Positions 1 to 12,749 of a stretch of 64,000 bases of DNA are shown piece by piece. The notes below the pieces were generated by a model that had not been told where the DNA came from, ran no database searches, and saw only the letters and a program-made list of their open reading frames with translations. Position 1 is the stretch's first letter; the number at the start of each line of letters is the position of its first letter. The position numbers and the translations under genes were made by a program. Source of the stretch: Vicugna vicugna (taxonomy: Eukaryota); contig MU057640.1 of assembly GCA_013265495.1 (NCBI GenBank), positions 1,125,303 to 1,189,302 on the forward strand, written 5' to 3'.

Positions 1-2745
1 TGGTTTCCCTGCTAAATTCTATCAAACATTTAAAGAATTAATACCAATCCTTCTCAAACTCTTCCAAATAACTGAAGAGGTGGGGACACTCCCAAACTTA
101 TTTTGGGAGGCCAGCATTATCCTGATATCAAAGGCAGACAAGGACATGGTAAGAAAAAAAAATTACAAGCCAACATCCCTGATGAACACTGACACAAAGC
201 CCTCAACAAAATACGAGCCAACTGAATTCGACAGCACATTAAAAGAATCATCTACCACAATCCAGTGGGATTGATCCTTGAGATACAAGGATGGCTCAAC
301 ATATGCAAATCAATAAATGTGATACAACACAGTAACAGAATGAGGATAAAAATCATAGGATCATTTCAATAGATGCAGAAAAAGCATCTGACAACAGTCA
401 ACATTCATTCATGACGAGAAAAAAAAAACTCAACAAATTAGGTGCAAAAGAAATAAACCTCAACATAATAAAGGCTGTATGTGACAAGCCCACAGCTAAC
501 ATCATACTCAACAGTGAAAAGCTGAAAGCACTCCTTCTAAGATCAGGAAAAAAACAAGAATGTCCACTCTCACCACATCTATTCAACACAGTACTGGAGG
601 TCCTAACATTTAGGCAAGTAAAAGAAACAAAAGGCATCCACATTGAAAAGGAGAAATAAAACTGTCTCTGCATCTGCATCATTGCAGATGACATAATCTT
701 ATATATGTAAAACTCTATACAGTTTTACCAATTCTACAAAAAAAAAACTATTAGAATTAGAAAATGAATTCAGTGAAGCTGCAGAACATAAAATCAACAT
801 ACAAAAATCAGTTGCATTTCTATACCCTAAAAATAAATTATTTGAAAGAGAAATTAAGAAAGCAAATCCATTTATGATAACATCAAAACAATAAATTCTT
901 AGGAATAAATTTAACCAAGGAAGTCCAAGACCTGTACACTGAAGACTATAAGATATTGATGAAAGAACCAGAAGACACAAATAAATGGAAAGTATCCCAT
1001 GTTCATGCATTGGAAAAATTAATAGTGTTAAAATACCCATACTGTCCAAAATGATTTATGGAGTCAATGCAATCCCTATTAAAATTCCAATGGTATTTTT
1101 CACAGAATTAGGAAAAATTATCCTAAAATTCATACAGAACCAGAATAACCAAAGAAATCTTGAGAAAGAACAAAGCTGGAGGCATCACAATTCCTGATTC
1201 CAAACTATATTACAAAGCTATAGTAATCAGAACAGTGTGGTACTGGCATAAAAACAGACTGATGGAACAAAATGGAGAGTCCAGAAATAAACCCACACAT
1301 ACATGGTCAACTAATCATTGACAAGGACATCAAAGACACACAATGGGGAAAGAATGATATCTTTAATAAACAGTGTTGGGAAAACTGGAATCCACATCCA
1401 AAGAGTGAAACTGCATCCCTATCTTATACCACTCACAAAAATTAACTGGAAATGGATTAAAGACTTTAATATAAGACCTGAAACTGTAAAACTCCCAGAA
1501 GAAAACACAGGCAAAAAGCTCTTTACATTGGTATGGGTGATGATTTTAGGTATGACACTAAAAGCACAGCCATAACAGCAAAAATAAACAAGTGGAACTA
1601 CAACAAACTAAAAAGCCTTCTGTATAGCAAAGGAAACAATTGACAAAACAGAATGGCAACCTACAGAATAGAAATTATGTATAAACTTTATCTCATAAGG
1701 GGTTAATATCTAAAATATATAAGGAACTCATACAACTCAATAGCAATACTAATCCAATTTAAAAATAAGCAAAGAACCTAAACAGACATTTGACAAAGAA
1801 GACATCCAAATAGCCAACAGGTACATGAAAAGATGCTCAACATCACTAATCATCAGGGAAATGCAAATCAAAACCATAATGAGATATCACCTCACACCTG
1901 TTAGAAAGGCATTATTCAAAAACTAAGAGATAACAAGGGTTGGAGCAGATGTGGAGAAAAGGGAACCCTTGTACTTTGTTAATGGGAATGTAAATTGGTA
2001 TAGCCATTAAGGGAAACAGTGTGGAGGTTCCTCAAAAATTAAAAATGGAATTACCATATGGTCCAGCAAGCTCACTTCTGGATATACATCCAAAGGAAAT
2101 AAAATCAGTATCTCGAAGAGATATGTCCATCCCTATGTTCAATGTAACATTATTCACAATAGCCAAGACATGGAAACAAACTAAATGTCCACAGATGGAT
2201 GAATGGATAAAGAAGCTGAGGCATATATAATAGAATATTATTCAACCATAAAAAAGGAAATCCTGCCATTTGTGATGACATAAATGAACCTGGAGGACAG
2301 TATGCTAAGTGAAATAAGCCAGAGAAAGAATACTGCACGATATCACTTATATGTGGAATCTGGGATGGAGCACGATGGGGAGTCAAACACATAGAACCAG
2401 AGAGTAGAATGGTGGTTGCCAGGGGCTCAGGGGTAGGGAAAGTGAAGAGACATTGGTCAAAGGGTACAAACTTTCTGTTATAAAATAAACAAGTTCTGGA
2501 GATCTAGTGTATAGCATGGTGACTATAGTTAATAATACTGTGCTGTACACAAGAAATTGCTCACAAAAATCTCAAGTACTCTTATCACAAAAAAATAATT
2601 ATGGGAGGTGATAGATGTGTTAATTAACTTTTCTGTGGCAAATATTTCATAATGGGTACCTATATCAAATGATCATGTTGTGTTTTATACACACACACAT
2701 ATACACAATTTTGTCAATTACACTTCAGTAAAACTGGAGGGAAAA
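1..2745 (+). mobile_element. LINE-1 (L1MA-like) ORF2 RT/C-terminal region plus 3'UTR, degenerate
   Basis: Frameshifted ORF2 pieces ([50 protein letters not shown]), the ADD motif near 683 and a typical 3'UTR. Confidence 0.95.
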
Positions 2746-3079
2746 AGTGGTTCTTCCATACTAGAGCCGAGGACGCCTTACAGTTCTCCCTATTCCCTAT
2801 CAGAGACCCTCTTCCAGTGTGATGGGTTCCAGAGAAGCCCTAGAGAGAATATACTGGAGCTGCTACACTTTGGGCTCCTTAAATCCAATGACACATCAAA
2901 ACTCTGATCTTTATAAGAGCACAGGTTCTGAAATTGTGGGTCAGACCTGCTGTGGCCGTTGATCCTAGTATTGTCTTAGAGCCTAGCAGTGCTAACCCCA
3001 ACCATTACAATCAAGATACTTGCTGTTCATGTTACCACTAAGGAAACATATGCCACAACATCCTTTTGGAAAAGGCCGG

Positions 3080-3310
3080 TTAAGATTCAGACGTGCAGCA
3101 TCAGGGCTGAGGTCAAGCTCCAGTACTTACCATCTTACAGCCCAAGGCAAGCCAACTTAACCTTTTGGTGTCTCAGTGTCTTCAGGTATTAAATAGGGGT
3201 AATAATATCCACAACCTAGGATTGCTGTGGAGATCAAATTAGATAAAATTGAGCATTTAGCATTGTGGTTGCAATATAGTAAGTGACCAGGAAATAGTAA
3301 TTGTTAATTT
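3080..3310 (+). mobile_element. MIR SINE
   Basis: MIR core-like ggcaagccaacttaacct...ctcagtgtcttc...aaatagggg. Confidence 0.6.
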
Positions 3311-3927
3311 TACTATTTTTGTTACAGTTATTATTACACAATTATGGGTCTACCACCCATTAATTCATGTAGACGCTCCATGAATACACTGGATAATGAA
3401 CTCCATCTACAAACCACTCTCTAAAAAAATATTTTGTCAAGGTGTGTGCTGTTCATGGCAGCTAAGATGCGTTGCCATGGCCACAGCAAAGGAGTAGTTC
3501 CAACTAAAGAACACAAATCCTAGTGACTTAAGACAGAACAAGTTCCCCAGCAGAAATAAGTTCTCTCTTACCTTACAGGTGTTTTTTGGATTTTTTCTGT
3601 TTTTTCAAATTCCAGAAGTCTGACTGGTGCCATTATGTTAAAACAGGATACTTTTCTCTTTAATTCTTTTCAATTGTAAAGACGTTATCTCTTTAAAGTA
3701 AACAGGCTATTTTCATAACAAGCAATGTAACATTAACTGAAACACCAAAGGAGTCCCTTATTTGAGAGGCTCCAACAAATCAACAGAAGAGACAAATGAC
3801 CTTAAAGCATAATGAGGAAAAGACATTAATGAAAAATTCACCTTAGAAGAAATATAGATGAGAAACGAGTAAAATTAGTGTTTATCTGTATTTATATTTT
3901 TAATATGATTTAAAATAATGAGGTTTG

Positions 3928-4284
3928 GTCAGACAGAGCATGACAAATATCATATATCCCTTCTATGTGGAATCTAAAAAAATGATACAAATGAATCAAT
4001 ATACAAAACAGAAACAGACTCACAGACATAGAAAACAAACTTATGGTTACCAAAGGGGAAAGGGGGAGGAGGGATAAATTAGGAGCTTAGGATTAACAGA
4101 TATAAATTATTATATATAGAATAGATAAACAACAAGGTCCTTCTATATAGCGTAGGGAACTATATTCAATATCTTATAATAACATATAGTGAAAAAGCAT
4201 ATATATATATATAACTGAATCACTATGCTGTACACCAGAAACTAACACAACATTGTAAATCAACTAGACTTCAATTAAAAAAAA
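3928..4284 (+). mobile_element. 5'-truncated L1 3'UTR with 17-bp TSD
   Basis: L1 3' end with A-tail. TSD taaaataatgaggtttg at 3911-3927 and 4285-4301. Confidence 0.92.
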
Positions 4285-4814
4285 TAAAATAATGAGGTTT
4301 GATTTACCTATTATTGCAAAGATTTAAGAGTCCCCACTATAGGCAAGGGTGTGAGGAAAACAGCTCTGTTATACACAACCTGAGAAATGGCCATCATATC
4401 AACCCGGGAACTTGAATCAAAAGCCTTCAAATGTACTTGTTATTTTAATTCTAGGAATTTATCCTAAGGAAATAACCACCAATATGCATAAAGACATAAT
4501 GCGTGGTTAAGAGCTTCTAAAAATCAAACAAATTTAAATCTGTCTTTTCCATTTACTAGCCATCTAAGGTGAGGCAAATTACCTACATGTTCTTTATCTG
4601 AGTTGCTCATCTGTTAAGTAGAAAGAATGATACCTACACTTCACAGGGTTACAGGCAGGAAAGTTAGAAAACAGGACACACCCAGCAAGGTGCCAAGGTC
4701 AGCATAAGGCCTCAAACAACAGTAGCTATTACTCTGATTGGTTAAGTAAATCATAGTATATTGATAAAGTAGAAGACTGTTTAGCCATTAAAAAACGATA
4801 TTATAGAGCAAACA

Positions 4815-5037
4815 TAGGCAAACTGCAGTCCAACTCATGGGCCAAACCTGGCCCACTATCTGCTTTTGTAAATAAAGTTTTATTGGAACATAGTCCTGCT
4901 CATTCATGTACCTATAAATGTCTACATTTCTGCACTACAGCAGCAGAGTTGAGTAGTTTAGACAGAAACAGTATGTCCCACAAGCCTAAAATATTTACTA
5001 TCTTGACTCTTTACAGAAAAAGTTTGCCGACCCCTGG
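4815..5037 (+). mobile_element. MER58A-like hAT DNA transposon
   Basis: ggcaaact...gtaaataaagttttattggaaca...aaagtttgccgacccctg. Confidence 0.8.
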
Positions 5038-5156
5038 TCTAGATAAGAATTTAAATCATAAGAAAATGTCCTCAATCTCGGGAAAAGACATTTCTCAACT
5101 AGCAAGAATAGAAAGTCTCTATTTTTGTTACAATATGTATATAGAAAAAAAGGTAT

Positions 5157-5292
5157 GGGGAGGAAGGTACAGCTCAGTGGTAGAGCGCATGCTTGGCATG
5201 TGCGAGGTCCTGGGTTCAATCCCCAGTACCTCCAGTAAAAAAATAATAATAAATAAACCTAATTACTTCTAAAAAAAAAAATAGAAAGAAAG
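5157..5292 (+). mobile_element. tRNA-Ala-derived SINE (Vic-1-like, camelid)
   Basis: tRNA head with A box (agctcagtgg) and B box (gttcaatcc), tail aataaacctaattac plus poly-A, flanking repeat aaaggtatgg. Confidence 0.88.
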
Positions 5293-6874
5293 AAAGGTAT
5301 GGAAGTAGGTACTTCAGAAGTTAACTATAGCTCTCTGCGGAAGGAGGGGTTTACACATTGTATATTCTTTGTGTTTTTATTTATAATTTCTGATTTTTTA
5401 AAAAATAAACATGAATTATTTCTGCAATAATAAAAAATGAAAAGAAAGTAAGAAGAAAAGAAGCTGTTTTAATTTTCACATAGGAGACAAGTAACACATT
5501 TAATGGTAAAACAAGGCGGAAAGATATTTTTAACAGGTGAGAGAAATATGGATCTGTATTCTTGTCTTCATGTCTTCTTATTCTCTCTCACAGATAGGAA
5601 TGCGAAAGATGGGGGAGAGGGAAGAGAGAAAGTGAGGAGGGGACTGTGATAGCAGAATTGTTACATGACGTGGACAGCGGCCAAGCTCAGTAATTCCTAT
5701 GATAAGTAAGTTGGCAAAGCTCCGACACACACTACCGAACCTCAAACCAAAGACTGAGTTACACCATCCACCCAGTGAAAGGAGAAGTCACGTGGCACCA
5801 AATCGCATCTGGGAAAGACAATGGGATCTGCTTTAGGAATGCTTAATCAACAGGTCTGCTCACCAAACATTTATTTATTGCCTACTTGGTGCCGAGTGTT
5901 TACAGTATCATAGGGAGACAGACCCAAATGTTAGCACACAGAAAAATCAAAATATTTATGTGGCACAGAGGGGTGGGTGGTGGTTATCAAGGAGAATCAG
6001 GTTTAGGTTTTTACTCAGGTGCTAACTGGTGAATGAGGCTACACCAGCCACTGAATCCCAGAGGGAGAAGTTTCAGGAGGGCAAACAAGTATTTATGTTC
6101 CACCTGTTGAGTCTGCAGGACGGGAAGAGGATTCCAACAGAGATGTGCTTCTGGCAGCTGGATACAGGCACCTGGAGTTTGGAGAGGGGATGGCAATTTG
6201 GGGATCCTCAGATCAGTGTACAGAGAGCAGGAGATTGCCCCCCAGAAGAGAAGGGGGCCAAAGATTCCTGGGGTGGGCGGAGGAAACTCCTACAGGGATG
6301 GATACTGAGAAGGAACGTGCAAGATTAGGGTGAAACCGGGACAGAGTGCTTGTTACATGTGCTTCAGATCTATCTTCTCCAGTATTTGAAATTTGCTCAA
6401 GAGTAGATGTTTTAATAACTTATTCAGCTGTAAGCAGCAGTTCTGATTAATGATAAATCCCTGCATCTTGAAGAACACAAACATTTGACAATGCATTTCC
6501 CTACGATTTTGCAGCCTTTTTCTGAGCACGTGCATCATGCCATGTGTAAGGATCACATGAATGGGAATCCATTTTTGTTTTGGTTTGGTCTTGTTTGAGC
6601 TGAAACACAAGTAGCAGGTGTGGTGATGACAAGGAGAAAGGGAGCCAGCAGTACACTGTAGTCAACATAGCCACATTTTTAAAGTAATGTCAAAAATACC
6701 CCGCTGTGAAATTTGCCTTTGGGGGCTGGTTGGTGACTACCATTGAGCCTAAATACCATATGCCTAGATGGTAGCATGGTCCTCAGCAAAGATCAGTGTG
6801 AGTGACACGGTCTGTGGCTGAAGGCCAGGCCCTGCCTCATAGAGAAGCCATGGGAAGTGTATACAGGACCCCAG

Positions 6875-7020
6875 GCCCCAGGTCAGAAGGTCTGGCTCTG
6901 CCACTAAAAGCAGGTTGACCCTAGACAAGTCTCTTAACCTCTCTGAGCCTCGGTTTTCTCATTTACAGAGTAGAGATACATAATAGCTCAGGACTGTCAT
7001 GAACATAGCATACAGGATAT
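6875..7020 (+). mobile_element. MIR SINE
   Basis: acaagtctcttaacctctctgagcctcggttttctcattt core. Confidence 0.7.
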
Positions 7021-7055
7021 GAAGTGTTAGAAGGAACCACATAAAGTGGAAGTTA

Positions 7056-8040
7056 AATTTTTTCCAGATTTCCTGAGGTATAACTGACAAATGAAATTGC
7101 ATATATTTAAAGGATACTACATGATGATTTGACGTAACATAGAAGTTGTGAACTATTGGCCACGATAAAGTTAATTAACACACCCATCACCTCATGTACT
7201 TACTGGGTGTGTGTGTGTGTGTGTGGTGAGAATGCTTAACATCTACTCTCTTGGCAAATTTCATGTACACAATACAGTCCTATTAAGTATAGTCAGCATG
7301 TTGTATATTAGGTCCTCAGAACTCACTCACCTTACAGATGATAGTTTGTACATACACTTTGACCAGCATCTCCCCTTTGCTACCCTCCTCCCAGCCCCTG
7401 GAAGTTCTGATTCTCCTCCACCATTCTATGCTTTGGTTCTATGAGTTCAACTTTGTTTTTTTTAGATTCCACATATAAGTGAGAGCATTCAGTACTTGTC
7501 TTTCTCCAGCTTATTTAACTCAGCATAACGTCCTCCAGGTTCATGCACGTGGTGTTGCAAATGGCAAGATTTCCTTCGTGGCTCATGGCTGAGTGATATT
7601 CCATTGTATCTATATCCACATATATTCCAATGTACATACACCACATTTCTTTATCCATTATCCACTGACAAACACGTAGCTTGTTTCCCTATCTTGGCTA
7701 CTGTGAATACAAGTCAAAACCACAATGAGATATCACCTCACACCTGTTAGGATGACCATTAGCAAAAGACGAGTGACAAGAGTTGGTGAGGATGCAGAGA
7801 AAAGGGAACCCTTGCTCACTGCTGGCAAATGAAAGTTGGTCCAAAAAAATATGAAAAACTGTATGGTGGTTCCTCAAAAAATTACAAACAGAACTCCCAT
7901 ATGGTCCAACAAGCCCACTTCTGGGCATATGTTCAAAGAAAACAAAATCAGGATCTTAGAGAGATACCTGCCCTCCTGCATTTGTGACAACCTTCTTCAC
8001 AACAGCCCAGACATGGGAGCAGCCCAAGTGTCTGCTGATA
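7056..8040 (-). mobile_element. L1 3' end with inverted 5' segment
   Basis: 7056-7708 is a minus-strand L1 3' end. 7709-8040 is the adjacent upstream L1 segment in plus orientation. Confidence 0.85.
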
Positions 8041-8759
8041 GAAGTTAGTATCATCACTGAAGACACTCACTCAGTGCTTAGAGCATTTTGCTTATAAGGC
8101 TGTCATAGCCTTGCTATCCTAGAAAAAAGACCAGAATTAAGCAGCAACCCAGGTGGCTGGCCTGTTCCTTCCAGACCTTGTGAAAAGAGCCTGGTCTGTG
8201 AAGAACGGTGTTCACACTTAGAGTGGAGCCCTGGGCACGAGCTGACCCCCCGGAAGCCCCCCTCCGCACTGGCAGAGGTGAGCGAGCGGCCGCGTGTCAG
8301 CGTGAGCAGTCACGTGCCAGACCCCTGGCCACGCACCCAGACAGAGCGGGTCCTGGAGGAACGAGGGCCATTCGGACACGCAGCTATAGTTTATCCTACA
8401 TTTCAGAACACAAGCCCAACGCTTCCAACAGCTCAATATGCTCTTTTTCATTTAAAACACAAACAATCACACAAACAAAATCTCTTTGATGATGTACTGG
8501 GATCAACCCCGTGACCCCTCAGTAGAGGAAACCTACTACTGAAGGGGTGAACAGGAGGACCTGTGCGTTATTTACAGCAGGTGGATGCACGCTGGTCCCC
8601 GAGTTCTCTCCTACACCCATTCTGCAGTCAGACTCCCCGTGGGTTCCTGGAAGTGAGCCAGCAACTATGCAGAATCCCTGGGTCTTGGTTCCTATGGAAA
8701 TATTGTCCCAACAAGGACGTTGGCAGATGCTTCTTCGGTCTCTTCCAAATCCCCTAAAC

Positions 8760-9110
8760 AGAGGCTGCAGATTGCTCTGTAAAGGGCCAGTTTGTAAATA
8801 TTTTAGGCTCTGCCAGTCGTATGGTCAATCTCTTGCCATAACCACTCGACTCCTCCGCAGTGGCCCAAATTAAAAAAAAAAAAAGCCACAGGCAATTGGT
8901 AAAGCAACGGCGTGGTTTTGTTTCCATAAAACGTGATTTATGAACACTGAAATTTGAATTTCACAGAATTTTCACACACCATGGAGTACTGCTTCTCTTT
9001 TGATTTTCCCCACCATTTCAAAATGCAGAAACCACCCTTAGCCAGAGCTCTCTACAAAACCTAGCCTGGGGACGGATTAGGCCCAAGGGCACGTAACTTG
9101 CCGACCACTG
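8760..9110. mobile_element. MER58B-like hAT DNA transposon
   Basis: tctgtaaagggccag...taaatattttaggct...cactgaaatttgaatttca...ttgccgaccactg. Confidence 0.8.
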
Positions 9111-9587
9111 TCCTAAGGCTGTACCATGGCATCAGCCACAGTGGATTTTTTTCAACTACTGACCTCTCCTTCCCAGGAAGGCAGTGAAATTAATGATATT
9201 AATAATTTCTTTCAGGAAGAAAAGCTCACTCCTATCCCTCAAGGACAGTTCGGCCGTATCACCTGCTTCCTCGAGGGGCTCCTCTGCCTTGAGTCCCTTT
9301 GGGACCCAGGGTCACGCTGTCCCTGGGCAGTTTTACTGCCAGCACTAGCACCTGTGCACCTTTGGTCAGCCGTGACATGTCACTTCTCGTCACCAGCACA
9401 TGAGAAACGGTGGAAGGAGAGGCCTTGGAAAGGTCAACAGGCTTGCCACTGACATTCTCCTCAGGCTAAGGCAAGTGCGTTTTGCCAGAGCTCTCTCTTT
9501 CATTGCTTAAAACAAAATTTAAGGTCATGGTCTTCTACTGTATTGGCTGGCCAGCAAGGTGTTTGATTGCATTGTTCAGTAGGACAG

Positions 9588-9715
9588 TTTTTGGTAGGGG
9601 GCAATGGGCAGGTAATTAGGTTTATTTATTTTTTTGCAGTGGAGGTACTGGGGATTGAACCCAGGACCTGATGCATGCTAAGCATGCACTCTGCCACTGA
9701 GCTATACCCTCCCCC
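9588..9715 (-). mobile_element. tRNA-derived SINE (Vic-1-like)
   Basis: Reverse complement of the 5157 SINE head and tail. Confidence 0.88.
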
Positions 9716-10154
9716 AATACCATAATTTTTATAGATTCTAAAATGTAAAATAACTGGAGACAAACAGTCCTATAAGGAAGCCACACTGTATAGGGCTACA
9801 GTGAAGGAGGTTTTCCCTTCACTTACTTTGAAGGCACTTGCTTGGTCAATTTCCCATCAACGGCACCGGCTGGCTTGTGTCCTGAGCAAAGCCGAAACTG
9901 TGAAGACGAAAGAAGGTCTTTAACTCAGACAGCCTCCCACCCTCACTGCTGGGTGCTGGAAGGCTCCTCTCTTCTGCTGTCAGATGGACCCGACCCAATG
10001 CAAATGGCTATCCCAGACTCAATTTAGGTTGCTGCATGTCCGCCATCTCAAACACTGAAAGGAATGCCAACCCTTCAGTGCATCCCCTCTATAGCTGTGA
10101 AAAAAAAGATAAAATTCCAAAATGAGTTTCCCTCCCCTTCTCTAAGACAGACAG

Positions 10155-10608
10155 GGCAGTAGGCAAAGTAAATGCCCCCTCCTAAGGTGTCCACATCCTC
10201 ATCCTCCAAACCTGTGGATGTGCAAACTTCCCGGGCACAAGCGGCTTGGCACGTGTGATTAAGTTAAGGGTTTTGAGATGGGGAGGTTATCCTGGGGTGT
10301 CTGGCTGGGCTTCGTGTAATCACAGGTTCCTGTGAGAGAGAGGCAGGAGGGTCAGTCAGAGAAGGAGACACAATGACTGGAGCAGAAGCCAAAGTGATGA
10401 GGGGTCCTGAGTTGAAGAATGTGGGCAGTCTCTAAAAAATGGAAGGAAATGAATTGCCCCACCTCCCCTGAGGAGCTTCCAGAAGGAATGCAGCCCTGCC
10501 AGATCATTTCAACTCCTGACCTCCAGAACTATGAGAGAATAAATCTGTTTTGTCTCAAGCCACCAGTTTAGTGGTTATTTGTTATAGCAGCAATAGAAAA
10601 CTCATACA
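10155..10608 (+). mobile_element. MaLR LTR (MLT1D-like)
   Basis: gtaggcaaagtaaatgccccc...tgagatggggaggttatcctgg...ttgttatagcagcaatagaaaactcataca. Confidence 0.8.
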
Positions 10609-11429
10609 GGCAGCTGCTAAAATGTTCCAGATAAGGGAGCGCTTCTAACACACCGGCCACTTTATCTCCCTGGAGAATGACAGGCAAGTTCTGTTCCTCT
10701 CTCACGTGGGGTCCCTAAACTCCAGAACTACTGAACATTTAAATAAGAGGAGCTGTAAAACGGCAGGTTGGAAGGGGTGAGTGGGCAGTTAGAGAACACT
10801 GGAGTCATATACAAAAAGCTCCACCCAAGAGGACTGCAAAGGATGAGATAGAAACGGAATGTGACTTATTTATAGCAAAGCCTGCCTCCCCTCTCAAGTG
10901 TGTGACAGAAGAGCTGTTTTAAAGTTTTAGTCTTCAAACTTGGCTGCAGAACTTGGCTGCCTCACAGGACTGTGCTTTTGTATTTAGCTTTAAAACAGAA
11001 GAAGCAACCCCGTGGTTAAATTGTAGGCAGAGGTGGTGCAGGCAGGAAAAAATGCCGTGGGGAGTGGAGAGAGGCTGAAATGGTATTCTTATTGAGTTAG
11101 CTGCTTAAGAAAAACAAACAGAGGATAAAATAGCAAAAGGCTTGAAAAGGTTCCAAGCTGAAAATCTCTGAATCCCCAGGCATGGGGGCTGTCAAGGCCA
11201 GGGTGTGGTGAAAAGCTAGGCAGGCACCAGGACACCGAGGATCTGGTTTAGAGGTCGAGAGTAAAGAAAACACTGGCCCTGATTATTAGAAATCCCCTCA
11301 CTCTGTCTCTCTGCAGTTCACTGACATAGAACTTGGACCACAAGCCAGGGAAGCCCAGTCTACCGATGCAAAAAACAAAAGTGACCTTTCAGAAAACAAT
11401 ATATATCAGGAGTTGTGACACACTTGATG

Positions 11430-11790
11430 CTTTTTGACCTAGGAATTCTAAGCTTTGCCATTAATAACAAGAGACTGGGTAATTAAATTCTGGTATGTTA
11501 TCCACTCAGAATATTATGCAACTTTTAAAACTATGATAAATGATAACATATTGTCGCACAGATTAATGCTTGGGATATGGCAGGGAAACATAAAATCACT
11601 ATGATTGCCCATCAGATTAACATATGTATGCTACTGATACAAATTAAAAAACCAGGGAGGAAACAGAACAAAATGTTAAGTCATATTTGCATGGTAGGAA
11701 TGTGTGAGATGTTTTTTCTACAGTTCACGCTTTGATTCTTTCAAAATTCAATGATTACTTTTAAAATGGAATACAATTGTTTTTTTAAAA
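11430..11790 (+). mobile_element. Old L1 (L1ME-like) 3' fragments
   Basis: tttgacctaggaattcta...aaattctggtat...aatattatgcaac, degenerate 3'UTR. Confidence 0.5.
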
Positions 11791-12239
11791 GGAAAAGAGG
11801 AAAGAAAATCAGGTGGCAGAGAGCGCAGCTTTACCGATATCTTGCCATGTGAGTTTCAGAGCTAAAAATGTTTTATGATTTCTTATTCCAGGGTCTCCAT
11901 ATGAAGAATGCGGCTACTATCACATCAGGAAAAACTCCTAGATTTAGTATTATAAAAGATACTATCTCCCAAATATAGCTTATGTTTTCTTATCGCCTCG
12001 CATTTGCTCACACAGCTCTCATCACCTAGAATCATTTCTTAGCTCTTTCTCTACCAGACCAAATCCTGCCCTTTCTTAAAGATGCAATTCAAGTCATTTT
12101 TCATCAAATTTCTTCCTCCTCTGTAAGCCCATCCTGTCCACACCAACACTCCCATAGTTAATTACAAACAGCCTTGAGATATCTTTTTTTTTCTTTTTTT
12201 GGTACATAATTCAATTTATTAAAAAAGAAAAAAAACCAC

Positions 12240-12435
12240 AGACTTTAAAAGAAAGCAAACCCAGATTCAAATCCCAATACCAGTTGTTTACTCCTTCTGA
12301 TCCTCAGTTTCCTCATCTGTAATACAGGGTGGCCACCACCTACCTAACAAGTTAGTCTAATGACTAAATGAGTCAGTGTAGGTAGGCACCAAGGACAGCA
12401 TCTGGTATACAGAGGGTAGCCAATCAATGCTTATT
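12240..12435 (+). mobile_element. MIR SINE
   Basis: cagattcaaatccca...cctcagtttcctcatctgtaa. Confidence 0.75.
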
Positions 12436-12563
12436 TTCTTCCTTTATCTTGCACCACTCTTATTGTCCCCAACTAGATTGGAAAATTGTCTAGGATAGGA
12501 ACCATGTGCTATACTAAGTACAGCCCTGAGCCAGAAACAGACGGTCAATAAATACACTACTCG

Positions 12564-12647
12564 TTTTTTGTGCGTGTCATTTTTCTTTTAATGGAGGTGC
12601 TGGGGATTGCACCCAGGACCTCATACATGCCAAGCATACACTCTGCC
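12564..12647 (-). mobile_element. 5'-truncated Vic-1-like SINE
   Basis: tggaggtgctggggattgcacccaggacc. The head is cut and abuts a MaLR fragment. Confidence 0.75.
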
Positions 12648-12745
12648 CCACAAAGGAAATGGGGCCTTTGCAGATGTAATTAGTTAAGTGAATATCAGAT
12701 CTGAATTGGACTAGACTGGGGTGGGCAATGGCTAACGAACTGTTT
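12648..12745 (+). mobile_element. MaLR (MLT1) LTR fragment
   Basis: ggaaatggggcctttgcagatgtaattagttaag. Confidence 0.6.
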
Positions 12746-12749
12746 CAGG

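Noticed and set aside
80..2392. RT-like ORF fragments
   Set aside because: Frameshifted dead L1 ORF2, not a functional or novel reverse transcriptase system.
5157..5235. tRNA-Ala-like sequences (also at 9640, 46311, 61665)
   Set aside because: They have SINE tails, TSDs and imperfect acceptor stems, so they are SINEs rather than tRNA genes.
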